The notes below the pieces were generated by a model. That model was not told the DNA's origin, ran no database searches, and worked only from the letters and a program-made list of their open reading frames with translations. A DNA stretch of 20,000 nt from Chiloscyllium plagiosum (lineage: Eukaryota), in contig NC_057751.1 of the NCBI RefSeq assembly GCF_004010195.1, forward strand, positions 16,591,792-16,611,791. The letters run 5' to 3'. Shown in pieces: positions 19,820 to 20,000 of the stretch; the first letter of the stretch is position 1; every line of letters begins with the position of its first letter. The position numbers and the translations under genes were made by a program.

Positions 19820-20000
19820 GTCCCCCCCACCCCTCTCCTCCCGCTTCCCCCATCTTCCTCCCTTTGCCTATGCCTCACTACTCTCCATCAGCTCTCTTTC
19901 CCTTGTCCATCAGCCTCCACATTTGCTCTTTACACTCCTCTCTCTGCTTCCCCCCCCATATCCTTTGCCTTCCCTTCCCTCTTTACCCCCCTCCCCCACT
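19820..20000. repeat. C/T-rich low-complexity tract
   Basis: Strongly pyrimidine-rich on the + strand, running to the window edge. Confidence 0.7.

Noticed and set aside
16264..20000. RNF181 exon 1 (MASYFDEH...)
   Set aside because: Looked for on the minus strand and not found; presumably beyond the window.
1..20000. CRISPR array or prokaryotic operon/defence system
   Set aside because: Spliceosomal exon-intron structure and vertebrate retroelements; no regularly spaced repeat-spacer array.

Overview
Eukaryotic, repeat-rich DNA. The SINE/LINE repertoire (HE1/V-SINE-like, CR1/HER1-like, DeuSINE-like) points to a shark or other elasmobranch (inference). The one clear host gene is RNF181 (RING-H2 E3 ligase) on the minus strand. 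Four coding exons with canonical splice sites were read directly (16130-16263, 15356-15471, 12825-12899, 9086-9145); exon 1 was not found and probably lies beyond 20000. Most of the rest is nested retroelements: CR1-clade LINE fragments, tRNA-derived SINEs, an L2/CR1-group element and many Penelope-like element (PLE) pieces. The most notable signal is a dense set of minimal type-I hammerhead ribozyme motifs (CUGANGA-stem II-GAAA-palindromic ACGU/AGCU-UH) in three sequence families. They sit in short PLE-derived insertions with 11-14 bp target-site duplications, often as head-to-head inverted or fold-back structures, and several lie inside RNF181 introns. PLE hammerheads are a known class; the local architecture is what merits follow-up. 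All repeat family names come from motif recognition, not database searches.
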